Source of the DNA: Girardia tigrina
Lineage: Eukaryota
Assembly: GCA_001938485.1 (NCBI GenBank)
Contig: MQRK01248817.1
Location: 10,036 to 63,911, forward strand
Direction: 5' to 3'
Length of the DNA: 53,876 bases
In this document: one piece after another, positions 10,065 to 21,515 of the stretch
How positions within the stretch are numbered: position 1 is the stretch's first letter
Layout: every line of letters begins with the position of its first letter
Program-made: the position numbers and the translations under genes
The notes under the pieces: generated by a model
Seen by the model: the letters and a program-made list of their open reading frames with translations, nothing else
Told to the model about the DNA's origin: nothing
The model's database searches: none

Positions 10065-12782
10065 GGGGTTGATATTATTTCGAATTAAGATTTATATTTC
10101 AAATTGCATTACTGTTGAAAGGCAAAGAGAATCCCGAGACAACAAACGTCGAACTGCCCGCGTGCCCCTTGCATGTTACGAGCACCCTACGTCGTTGCCG
10201 ACGGTCCTTTGTCTCAAATTATATTTCAGATTTACATATTTATATATTTATATATATATATATCTTTATGCAATATATTTGATATTCGTGCTCAGTCACA
10301 TACATAATTAGTTATATTGGATTCGATGATACTTGCTTATCTTTATTTAGTGATACTTGTTGAGTAGCAGCGAGGATTTTACAATTCAACAATTTATTTA
10401 TTATTGAAGTTGTTGTTCAAGAAAATCGTGAATAACGAACAATACTTCGAACGCCTCAATTATTTGTGGTCACGATTGTTTAAAATACTTAAATTTTATT
10501 CACATAAACGTTCAAAATTTAACGATGTTTATCTAATTACGAGCCGACAAGAAGATGATTGTGTTGAAACATAAATTAATTCTAATGTGACATTACTCGA
10601 CGTTGTACTAAGCTTACTCAAATATTCGTGTCGTTAGTCGACAAAACAAACAATCAACAACAAAATTTTTATTTCAAACAGCGCACTTTCAATAACTCAT
10701 GAAGATAAGAGTTATGCAAATCGTACGAGGCTCGTCTATATCAATAACTCTCACTCGTGATTCTCCACATTTCCTCATTTCAACTCTCAATCAAATAATA
10801 CTTTTAAATTCGTAGACACTTCGGACAGGAATAGATCGCTCATATCTCATTTCTAAATCACTCTTGACGGTCCTAAAGAGGACCGATGCACGTTCGGTAG
10901 TGACTCTTTATAACATCTCACACTCCTCTTGTACTCATTATGATAATAACTCTCATTACACAACTTTATCTCATCTTTATTGAGTTCGATCATTTATTCG
11001 ATTACCCTTTATTCCAAGAGACATGACTTTGTTTGGTTCAGCCATTTATTCGTATATCATTTAATTAAAATCATTTAAGCACTTTTAAAATACAATTCGA
11101 TACCAACAAGGCAATCCAAGAATTAAATGAAAATTATAAAAGAAGAGAATTAAGTATTACAGTTTAATAAAAGAAAATTATAAAGGATGAGAATTAATTA
11201 TTACCGTTTGATAAAAGAAAACCATTAATACTTTTTAGTTCTTTACAAATTATACATTAAATGAGAATTTAATAAAAAATTTAATTAAACCCGTTAAATA
11301 AAAGTTGTTAATGAAAATAAACTTTGATTTCGAATTATTCTAATGAAATTATAAAATATTAACAAAATTAGTAAACCAATGATAAAATTGATAATTATGA
11401 TATATACAATAATAAGGTTATAATCAAATTAATTTTCAAACAATTCTAACTACTTCCATAAGTCTGTTATATACATTATCTATAAGACCTGCATACGACT
11501 CAATTACACATCGGAGTCCAAGGACCACTCCTGCTGATCCCTTGGACACAGAAGTGTACTGTGTTTGCATTTCTTCCACCTGGACCGCTAACCTCTTTGT
11601 CCATGGCGGTTCGACTCGACCTCGACAATTTGATTTTCGGATTCAAGATATAAATATGATTGATACCAAGTCGGAACGTTGATATGATGTACGTGTAAAG
11701 AATTAATAAGATTATAACGCTCAAAATTTTTATTGAAGATAATTCAGATTATATGAATGGAATAAAACAAGATAATAACATAAAAAATTTAAAATCAAAG
11801 TCAATGAGAGTAACTGAAACGAGATTAATGATTAACCAAAAAAGAGAAATTCTTGATCGATATAAATAAATAAATTACAATAATAATTAACATAACAAGA
11901 TTAAATCGAAATCAATAGACAAAATGAAATAATGACGAAATCAAATAACTCGATAAATGAAGAATACAATACCTCCGAATATAATAGTAACGTCAAACTT
12001 CAAAATCGTCAAGCAAATTAATCGCGAAAATTCGTAACGACTGGAGTAAAATTCATAAAATAGTATCTACCAAAATTGAACTGTGCAATTCAATTTCTCA
12101 CCGGTCATGCTAACATGCAACACCAATGTAAGTTGTTCTTTTGATTCTTTTATATTTTACGCATTTTATTCAAAATAAATCTCTATCTTGAGACTTTTTG
12201 GAATTAGAGTGATCTTTCGTAACTGTTGAAAATGGTAGCTGGATATTTTGTGATCTTATTTCCTATGTTTTCAAGAAACCTCTCTGCAGTTTTTGTCCGC
12301 AGATATGCGCTCACCATTCAACTATATCGTTTTAACGATATCTCTTCTCTTAAAGTTTCTCAATCAGCCATTTGAAGCAGAAAACATTTCTATTTTAGGA
12401 TTTGAGGTAATTCGAGGATTATCAAAGCACAATGTTTCAAATTTCCTCCGTTACAAGTTTATTAGCTTCCCTCAATCTTCATGAAATATCGAAGGCCTTT
12501 TTATCGATCTCTTTAAATACGTAAAGTTTGTTTTTATCCTCGTTCAAATTCTTTTTCTTTGTGCATTCAATATTCAAATAAAAAACTATTATATTTTTTT
12601 CTTTGATTCTCTGTTTGATTTTTGACGTGATTTTCTACCTCGTAGATAAGCTACGTTGGAAACCAAAAAATAAGCTGTGTATTAAAATTTTGGAAATATA
12701 ATTCAGCAGTGGAAAAATTGTCGACCTGCTCGTTCAATTTCACTGCAGTCTAAGTTCTGTGGTTTAAATATATGATATAAAA

Positions 12783-13710
12783 CAGTGGTGTCAAACTTAA
12801 AAGTTTACTTGGGCTAAATAAACAATGCTTAACTTTAGGTAGGCCACAAAAAATCAATGTTCATAGAAACAAATATTTTTCTTTTGAATAGTACATTGTA
12901 ATAAATATATATAAAGTTAAATTATTTCTTACGTCCTGATACTTAACGTCTCTTCTCTATTTCGATAGAAATTTTATTGATCGAGAATACTTTCAAAATT
13001 GACCCAACGCAAGCGTTATTTATACAGTTTCGGACAGGAGATTTATTTCCATTCATAACAGAATATAATTGCTCGCACTAATAGGTAGGGCCCACGATTT
13101 AACGGGACAAGAAATGATAAATTCTGCGACACCGCGACATGTTGTGTCGTCCTGGAAACTTATACAAACAAATAATAATACAAGTAAAATTACTTTATAT
13201 TTTTTTCTATTCTTATTCATCAGTCAATTACAATAAATATTCAAAGAAGTATATCAAAACATTTTATCTTTTGTTAAAAAAACTGCACCCAAGCTCACAT
13301 GCTTTTTGTGATAGAGAATATCGCAAGGATGACAGACCAATTCATAATTTGAGAAAGAAAGTTCCATTTCAACAGAAGAGATTCGCAATGCAATGTAAAC
13401 TTTAGCAAGTGCTGCTAAACAAAGCAGTCTGTCTTGTAACGCACTCCGAAATGTAGTAACATCAGTTTGAATTACTTCACGAAACGAAAATTTCTTAAGT
13501 TCTACGATTTAATCCGAATATTAATATTTTAATAATTTCTAGAACTGAACAAAAATATTAATGCATTTCTTTAATAAATTTATTTAAAAAATGCATAAAT
13601 ATTTTTTTTCAGCGCTGGTAGGCTAATTCCGCGGCGAGGCAAAAAATTCTGCGGGCCGCGGTAAATCGTGGGCCCTACTGATAACTTCTTCAAGCATGGA
13701 AATAATTTCT
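12783..13710 (-). mobile_element. hAT (SPIN/Buster-like) 3' remnant
   Basis: TIR CAGTGGTGTCAAACT at 12783. The minus strand gives FPCLKK..SYQCEQLYSVMNGNKSPVRN, the hAT dimerization-domain tail, interrupted by a nested element. Confidence 0.65.
13086..13677. mobile_element. Nested non-autonomous hAT-type element
   Basis: Perfect 16-bp TIRs TAGGGCCCACGATTTA / TAAATCGTGGGCCCTA. The 8-bp flanks are degenerate (CTAATAGG / CTGATAAC). Confidence 0.75.
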
Positions 13711-16340
13711 TTTTTCGTAATAAATTAAATTTATTAAAAAATATACAAATTATATTTTCGTTATGATTGATATGGAACCCTTGGAACAAAACTGAAGAAT
13801 GGATTCGAATAAATGTAATTTGTACTCGAATTTCGTAGAGATATAAAGAAAGAGATGACAGAATAATTGTTTCAAATTACCGAATCATGAAAGCTAATAA
13901 AACTTTAATAGAATTTTTCGTTATTTATTTTTTTATTATTTTTAAAATAAATTACAATCAGATATTCTTCATTTTTTTCTATAAATTTAAGATAGGAGTA
14001 AAGATTAAAATATTTAATCTTTACTTCAGACGAAACGTGAATTATGTACAAAGGAACTTTAATTAAAAATTAAATCTTATAATTTTTTTAAAAAATATTA
14101 TTTTTTTAACATAAATAAATAGAAATTTTATTAAAAATTAAATATTATTGAAATTTAATTATTATAAAAAATAGTTTAATAATATTTAACCTGAATTAAT
14201 TACTTTTTATTTGCAAATTTATTTTCTAAATTGAATCAACAAACGAATCATATGAATCAAAAAGAGAAAATTTTATTAAAAATCTTTAATTACAAACGCA
14301 AAAATCTATAAAAAGTCGCCATCAAAAAAGTAAAAATATGTTATTTTCTGTGTCAGGATTATCCCTTTTTGGATTCTCTATGACTTGTTGATGAATACAT
14401 TTTTAATAAAAGAAGACTGTTAGTTACGTTTATATCATTTTCAATATTTCATTTTGGAATTATAATTGTCAAAATTGTTTATTAGCACAAAATAATAGTT
14501 TTTATTTTAAACAAATTTTCAACTTTTTTTTAATGATCGATTCGCTAACATTTATCTTAACAATCAAATTCTGATTAAACTTTTCAAAACTGAAAATTAA
14601 AAATAATATCTAAAGCGATTAAAATTTATTCTACAATTATATTCATTATTATATTAAAAACAATTCTTTCAAAATATTGTAAATCTTTTCTATTTTAAAA
14701 TTGATTTAATTTATTTTAAAATAATATTAATTTTAAAATTTTGGCAAACGTTTTATTCTACTATATTAAAAATTAATTATAGCTTGAATTTATTATTTTC
14801 AGAAATTATATACTGTAAAATATATATTATGCCAATTATATTATTAATCTCAAAATCAAAATTTAATTTAAAATATTTTATAAAAAATTTTAAAATTATG
14901 TTTACAAATTTTAATCATTTCTAAATTATTACAATTTAATCAGCGAAAAGAAAATTAACTAATTTCTTATTAAGAGAAAATATTTTTTTCTGGTTGAAAT
15001 TGACGGGTGAAACGGATTGACTCTAAAGTATGAATTTTTGATGTTAAATTTATCATTTATTTATGTATATAATAAAATCGATCATTTTATACGACTTTAG
15101 ATTATTAAATTATTTTATTAATATTTTTTAATTTTCTTTTACATTTTCTTCTATTGTACTTTTCTTTTAAAAGTTTAGTGTAAATTATTATGTTATTTTT
15201 TAAAAATTTATTTATTATTATTTAAATCTCAAGTAAAATGTTTTATATTATTATTATTATTATTATTATATTTTTACATAATTTTTTTATAAATTAGGAT
15301 TTTCTATAAAATTTGGATATTAATATAGTTAAAAAGGAATTTGTAAAATATTTTTTTACTGATTCATAATAAAAAGAAAGGGTAATTTTCAAATATTTAA
15401 TGTTTTATTTTTAGTATGAATTTTTTAGACTTTTTATTATATACTGATTAGTTTTGTAAACTGAATTTAATACATATTTTCTCTTAAAAAAAGAAAACTC
15501 CATTGTCGACTAATTCAAAAGAGTAAAGAATTCTTTGACGTATATGTCTTCCTTAAAAAAGTTAAACACATTTCCAGGGATAACAGAGCGTGTGTAGCGC
15601 GGCTGCAACACCATGGTGCGAGTGGGGGGTTCTCGGGTAGAGGGGAATAATTTAATTTTATCTTACACACTGAGGTCGTTTGAAAGAGAATCAAACACTG
15701 GAATCGCTCGTCCCTCAATGCGGCGAGAATCTCATTGATTCGTAGTATCATACATTCATCGTCACTGTCGCGAAACCGCACCAAACAATTGATGAATTCG
15801 TAAATTTTTGCGACGCATGACCGATCGGCTTCTCGAACATGAAATATCAACAGAAAAAAACTTATTTATTGTCGATCGATGAAACATGATTTTTTAAACA
15901 TTCATTTTTTTCATAAAAGATAAACTCCGACAGTCAAATTTTAAAATCGAATTGCATGGAAAATCTTTATTTAATTCAGAAATAATTCGCAAACATATCA
16001 TGGCGACTTTCATACAATATTTACATGAAAAATTTATTGCGCCGTTTTTTTTATTTGGTTCTATCAAATAAATCCAACTAATAAATAAACAAACCTTTTC
16101 AATCACAACTAAATAATATTTTTTTTCCTTTTCAAACGAAAATTAATCTTTTTAACTAAAAACATTTTTTTAAACTTTTTTACAGTCCATTTCATAAATA
16201 AAAATTTGAATTTCAAAAATAAAAGTTCAATTTTCATCAATAAAAGTTTTAATTTAATCAATAAAGTTTGATTGTTTTTTAAGTATTAAAAGTATTAAGT
16301 ATTGTATAAAAATATTTACTAATTTTAGTAATATTACTTT

Positions 16341-17342
16341 ATGACTGGTAAAAGACCACAAAGATAATCGAGGGTTGTTATTACTTCAAACATATTCAAC
16401 CAAATAAAAAGACTTTACAAGGTGAAGTCAAAAAGAGAAATGCTAGAGATTACGTCGCTGAGTATGAATGCTCTTAATGCCGTCATTTGAAAGATTGAAA
16501 CATGTGAAAATGATGATCCTACCTTTGAAGCACTTTACAAATGTGCGGGTAGGAGAAAGGAGAATTGTGATGCACTCCACACAGAAATTCGTTCCATATT
16601 TTGGAATGACAATTCATTGACTCAAGTTGGGTGTAGAGCATGCCTACATAACAATTCTATTTCCTTTTCCAAAATGAGTAGAGTAGTAAGAGAGGCCGGC
16701 CTTTCAAGGAAAAGGCTGAAAAAGAGTAAACATTGTTCTAACAAAAGATCATAAAGCTTTTTGGCTCAAGAATCTTGAGAATGAGATCCAGACAAATCTT
16801 GTTTTTAGATGAATCTGGTTTTAACCTACACACCTCTACCAATTATGGATATTCTTCTGTTGGACAGGATGCGGTTATCTTTTATCATCTATCAACCAAG
16901 ATCACAGGGAAAAAATGTCTCTCTGTGCTCAATGATTTCGATGAACGGGATAGAACATTTTATTCTTGTTGATGGTGGATGCAATAGAGAAATTTTTATT
17001 GGATTTTTAGAAGAATGTTTTCGTAAAGGCATCTTCCAAAATAATCCAGTATTAGTTATGGACAATGTTCGTTTCCACTGTGGAGATGAAATCAAAAATT
17101 TACTGAATGTAAGATGTGTCCAGGTAATGATGCTACCTACTTATTCACCTGATCTAAATCCCACTGAGAATACATTTGCACGTATTAAATGTAGACTGGA
17201 TCACATTAGACCCAGAGCTGAGACAAAAGAAGAATTAAAAAATAATATTAAAAATGTTATTCAGTCAATTGGATCATTTGATGAGTATTATCGTAGTTTC
17301 TGGCATCTTGTTAATTCAATCAATAAGAGATTAGAAGAATAA
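16341..17342 (+). pseudogene. DD34E transposase pseudogene (stops and frameshifts)
   Basis: FLDESGFN, VLVMDNVRFH and LPTYSPDLNPTE, with 34 residues between the second D and the E. The frame shifts between ORFs 16775-16972 and 16809-17342. Confidence 0.9.
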
Positions 17343-17400
17343 ATGATTTCATTAAATATATGTTTTAATTGTTAATGTTATTTTGATTAAAATTAATGTT

Positions 17401-17682
17401 GCAGTAGCAGCGCAGTGGAAGCTTATATCATCTCCGCGGGTCATCAAGGAGAGGGGAATGGGTTCGATAATGATGTTCTCTAATTTATTATTATTATTGT
17501 TTTTATCTCTATTATCGTTACTGTTAATTTTATCCTTATTGCTATTATTTTTATTTTTATTATTTTTATTTTTGTTAATACTTTTACTATTATTTTTACT
17601 ATTATTTTTACTGTTATTTTTATTATTATTTTTACATTTGCTGATATCTATTTTAGAATATATATATATATATATATATATA
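17401..17682 (+). repeat. tRNA-like (SINE-like) head followed by TTA/TTTTTA low-complexity sequence and (TA)n
   Basis: A-box-like AGCAGCGCAGTGGAAGC and B-box-like GGTTCGAT, then a simple-repeat tail. It is nested in the Tc1 element. Confidence 0.4.
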
Positions 17683-19192
17683 CAGTGCGGTTCATAAGTA
17701 AGTTCGCACCCTAACAATTTCAATATATCTCTGATGCAGAACGTCAATATAATATTACAATTTTTTCTACCAATTACGGTGTTACCGTAATTGGTTTAAA
17801 CAAACTCGAAACAAAACTTAATTATAAAGAATAAATATATATTTTTATATATATACATTTCCTCATATAAATATATATATATGTCATTTAAATTTTTTCT
17901 CATTTTTTTCTTAAATAAATTTAATGATAAAAAATAAAATTTTTCTTTAATAATATTTAATTTAAAAAACAAAAACCGAACAATTAGCAACTTTTATATA
18001 TAGTTATATACTTAAAACAATCAAACTTTTATTTATGAAATTCAAACTTTTATTTATGAAATGGACTGTAAATTAAATTAATTCTTTCTTTTTTATACAA
18101 ATTTCACAAATACACAATACTGAATAATTTTAGTGTTAAATGATAAATAATAAATCATTCGATCACATTGATAGTTACCATTATGGAAAACACAATCAAT
18201 TAATTACAAATGAGTTGATACCCGATTCATCACAGCTTCGTTTGATTCAGAACTGTACACTTCGTTCTTCGATCTTTGGGTTTAAATTTCTGTTCACTTA
18301 TTTATCGCAAACATCCAGAATCATTATGTTCCAAAAATATATGATGTGAATAATATTATATTTTACAGGTCTCCGATTGAGGTTTAGTGTTGTTGAGTCC
18401 TTTAGATTTTGCTGATCGTATCGTATTTATCTGTTACATATGTTCAGAGTCCTTCTCGAAATACTATCACAAATTCACACTCTAAATAGATGAGTATAAT
18501 TTTCGAAGCAACGTACAAAAATATTCAAATTTATATTTATTTCATTGACTCATTTTTTTGGAAAACGTAAATGAAATCGTTAAATGAATGCAGTTAAATA
18601 CTTCTTTGATTCAAAAAGTTTCATAATATGTTACAGTACTTAAAATTTTCCCACCCCTAAGACACAAATCATGACAAGTATATGTACCCTACCTCTATCT
18701 TGGGATATGAAGTTATTAATGGTTAATTAGCTTTTATTTCATCTTTATAAATATGATGATGAACTTTTTATAAAAATTTCTATCTATTGAAATATCAAAA
18801 AAGACATTTCCACGCGTTATATGTACTAGATCTTTTACTGTTTTAACTTTTGTTTTTCATGAACATGATCGTATAGTCTTTATTAAATATATGTAAAAAC
18901 GTTCGACTTCGTAAAAAATCGTTCTACAATTCCACATTGAAAGATGTAATATATTTTATATAAATGTTGAAAGTTTTTATTAAAATATACACGGATATTC
19001 AACTTCTGTTCTAGCAATACATATACTACGAAGTATGAAAATTTTTTTCATACCAGCTGCTCCAAGGCCACCCTCAAAGTATTAGATTCGGAAATGCGAT
19101 GCATTTATTTGTGATTTCGGATTGTTATATAAGAAGGCAAAAGATAAAAGGTTATTGATTTCCATAAATTAGATTCATTTTCTATTCATTTA

Positions 19193-20189
19193 CGTGGTGT
19201 CTCAATAACTAGGGCTATCAGAGAAAGCTTGATCCGATTTAAACGAAATTTATTTTCCATAACAACCAAGTTATAAAAGTAATATTCATAAGATTTTTTT
19301 CAATAATTCATATTTTAGTATTTTACAAAGCTGATAATTGTTAAATGTTTTAGGAAAGTGTCCGATATCGAATTATCATTAGCTTCATCTTCATGAAAGG
19401 GAAAATCAAGGAAGGGATATTCATCGAGCTGAGTTTTATTTATGGTGAAATAAAGTCCGTCAACGACTACTGTCAAAGAATAGTTCAATCATTTTCAAGA
19501 CGGTCGAACATCTGTTTTTGATGAAGATCCATCAAATAAGTCATGTTTAATTGTCGAAGCAATATCTGAGACACTCAAACGAATCAAGTAGAATTAATTA
19601 TGAATAACTATCAGAGAACTAACTGTAATTTGTATTTCTTTTATGTATAATAGAAATTGAATGATGTGAAAGTCAAACTAAAAATTTTAAGATAAAAAAA
19701 TAATAAAATACCTTACCTTGGATATTGTTTCGGGATCCATCGACTGCCATATCAGTCTCATAATCTTCCAAAAATTTCCAAGATTCGTTTCTTTTAAAGT
19801 AGTGGTAAATTAAGAGAATCGTCCTCGATTATAATCCAAATAAATCAGAGACAATTTTTTTGCTACTCATCTACTCGTTCAAAACACTGATTGTTATTTT
19901 CGTCTAAATTTTCAAATCCTGATTTGGTACCGTTCGATTATTATCTCTTCAATCATCTTCAGCGAGTTCTCAGAGAACAACATTTCGCTAATAAGGAAGA
20001 TTGGAAGGATAAAATCTCAAATTTGTATGCCTCACAGACACCGGAGTTCTTTAAAAAGGTCGTCCAAGAAGTTTATTTTATGTTTATTTAAATGGAAATT
20101 TCTCGACAAAATCGTTTTATGGGAAATTTTATTCACTTGAACAACGATTCGTTTTATATGGTAGGCTCACTAATTTTTTGGTGCATCAT
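19193..20189 (+). mobile_element. Highly degraded mariner element
   Basis: SNPDLVPFDYYLFNHLQRVL (YSPDLAPSDY-like motif) and an N-terminal HTH remnant. Imperfect TA-flanked TIRs TACGTGGTGTCTCAATAA / TTTTTTGGTGCATCATGTA. Confidence 0.7.
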
Positions 20190-20245
20190 GTATTTATTAA
20201 AATCAATGTATTCTTCTTAAGATCTTAATCTTAAAATACAAAATA

Positions 20246-21515
20246 TTAGTTTGTCAAGGATGAAATTTCTTGGGATGATTAAAATAAATTCAAATAGTTA
20301 TAATTTGACAATATCTAAACATTTTGTTGATCAATTTTTTTTGTTTGAATGCGACATATTTTGCATATTGAACACATCAATAAAAAGTTATTAAAATATT
20401 GATAACCTGTTTTAATAATCTGTATTTTAAAAAAAATGGAAAGACAGAAATTCGAATTATTTTGAAGTACGAATTTGTACGTGAAACCTTGGCATCAGAA
20501 ACCATGCGAAATATCAATAGTGTCTACGGATAGAACGCTAATACGCAGCAGACAGTATCAAATTGGTTCAGGAAATTCGTGAAAGGTAATTTAAAACTAA
20601 ATAATAAATCTCGTGTCATCCTGGAACTTAGGTAGACAATGACAAACTGAAGGTAGCAGTGGAGTAGGATCAATCAGAAAGTACTCTGATTTATTGCTAA
20701 CGTTTGTTGTTTCAAAGCAAACAATATTGAATTACTTTGCTGAAATTGGTAAAGTTAAAAAATTGGATAAGTGGACTGGACATGGGTTGAATGAAAACTA
20801 GAAACAAAAGCGTTTGGATGCTTTCTCAATATAAATGTGATCACTTTTTAAATCGAATAGTCACTTGTGATGAAAAGTAAATCCATTTTGATAATTGCAA
20901 ACGCTCATCAAGCTTGGTTGACACGAATGATTCACCAAAACACAGTCCAAAGTACAAAATTCATCAAAAGAAGCTGATGATGAGTGCTTGGTGGTCTATC
21001 GCAGATGTAATCCATTATGACTGTAAGGAACCTGATTTGTTGATTGCAGCAGAATTCTACTGCAATCAGTTGGAATATATGATGCGGAAACTCAAAGAAA
21101 AACAGCCACATTTGGTAAACCGGTCGACTCCCATCTTGCTCCACGACAATACAAAATTATATACTGCACTTAAGACCGTGACGAAACTACAGGAATTTTA
21201 GTTGGAACTTCTGCATTATCCTCCAGACTCACCAGACCTAATCCCAACTGACTACCATTTCTTCCTCAATTTTAAAAACTTTTTGATACGGAAAAAATTC
21301 AATTCCGAAGATACTATAAAAATGGCCTTCGATGAATTTAAGGATTCTCGCCCACCAAATTTTGACTCAAATGTCCTCAACAAGCTTCCGCTTTAATAGA
21401 AAAAGTGTGTCGATAATATGTGCGATTACTTTGATGAATGACATTAATATATTATTGGTAAATTATCAATAAACTGTAACTTTAGTTCTATAAATTTCAT
21501 ATTTGACGACCATAA
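20246..21515 (+). mobile_element. Full-length mariner (DD34D type, cecropia-like) with a pseudogenised transposase at ~20436-21441
   Basis: TA-flanked TIRs TTAGTTTGTCAAGGATGAAATTT / AAATTTCATATTTGACGACCATAA. Motifs EIRIILKYEF, RIVTCDEK, LLHDN and PPDSPDLIPTDYHFF. Length is 1270 bp. Confidence 0.92.

Larger units (their letters stand above)
16183..18068 (+). mobile_element. IS630/Tc1-family DD34E DNA transposon, full length, transposase disrupted
   Basis: TA-flanked TIRs CAGTCCATTTCATAAATAAAA / TTTTATTTATGAAATGGACTG, with ~21-bp subterminal repeats. Transposase motifs lie inside. Confidence 0.9.

Noticed and set aside
10400-12760. Retroelement-like sequence with decayed reading frames
   Set aside because: Likely repeat-derived, but no termini, TSD or domain motifs could be established.
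17352-17747. Asn/Lys-rich (minus) and Leu-rich (plus) ORFs
   Set aside because: These are translations of TTA/TTTTTA simple repeats and (TA)n, not genes.
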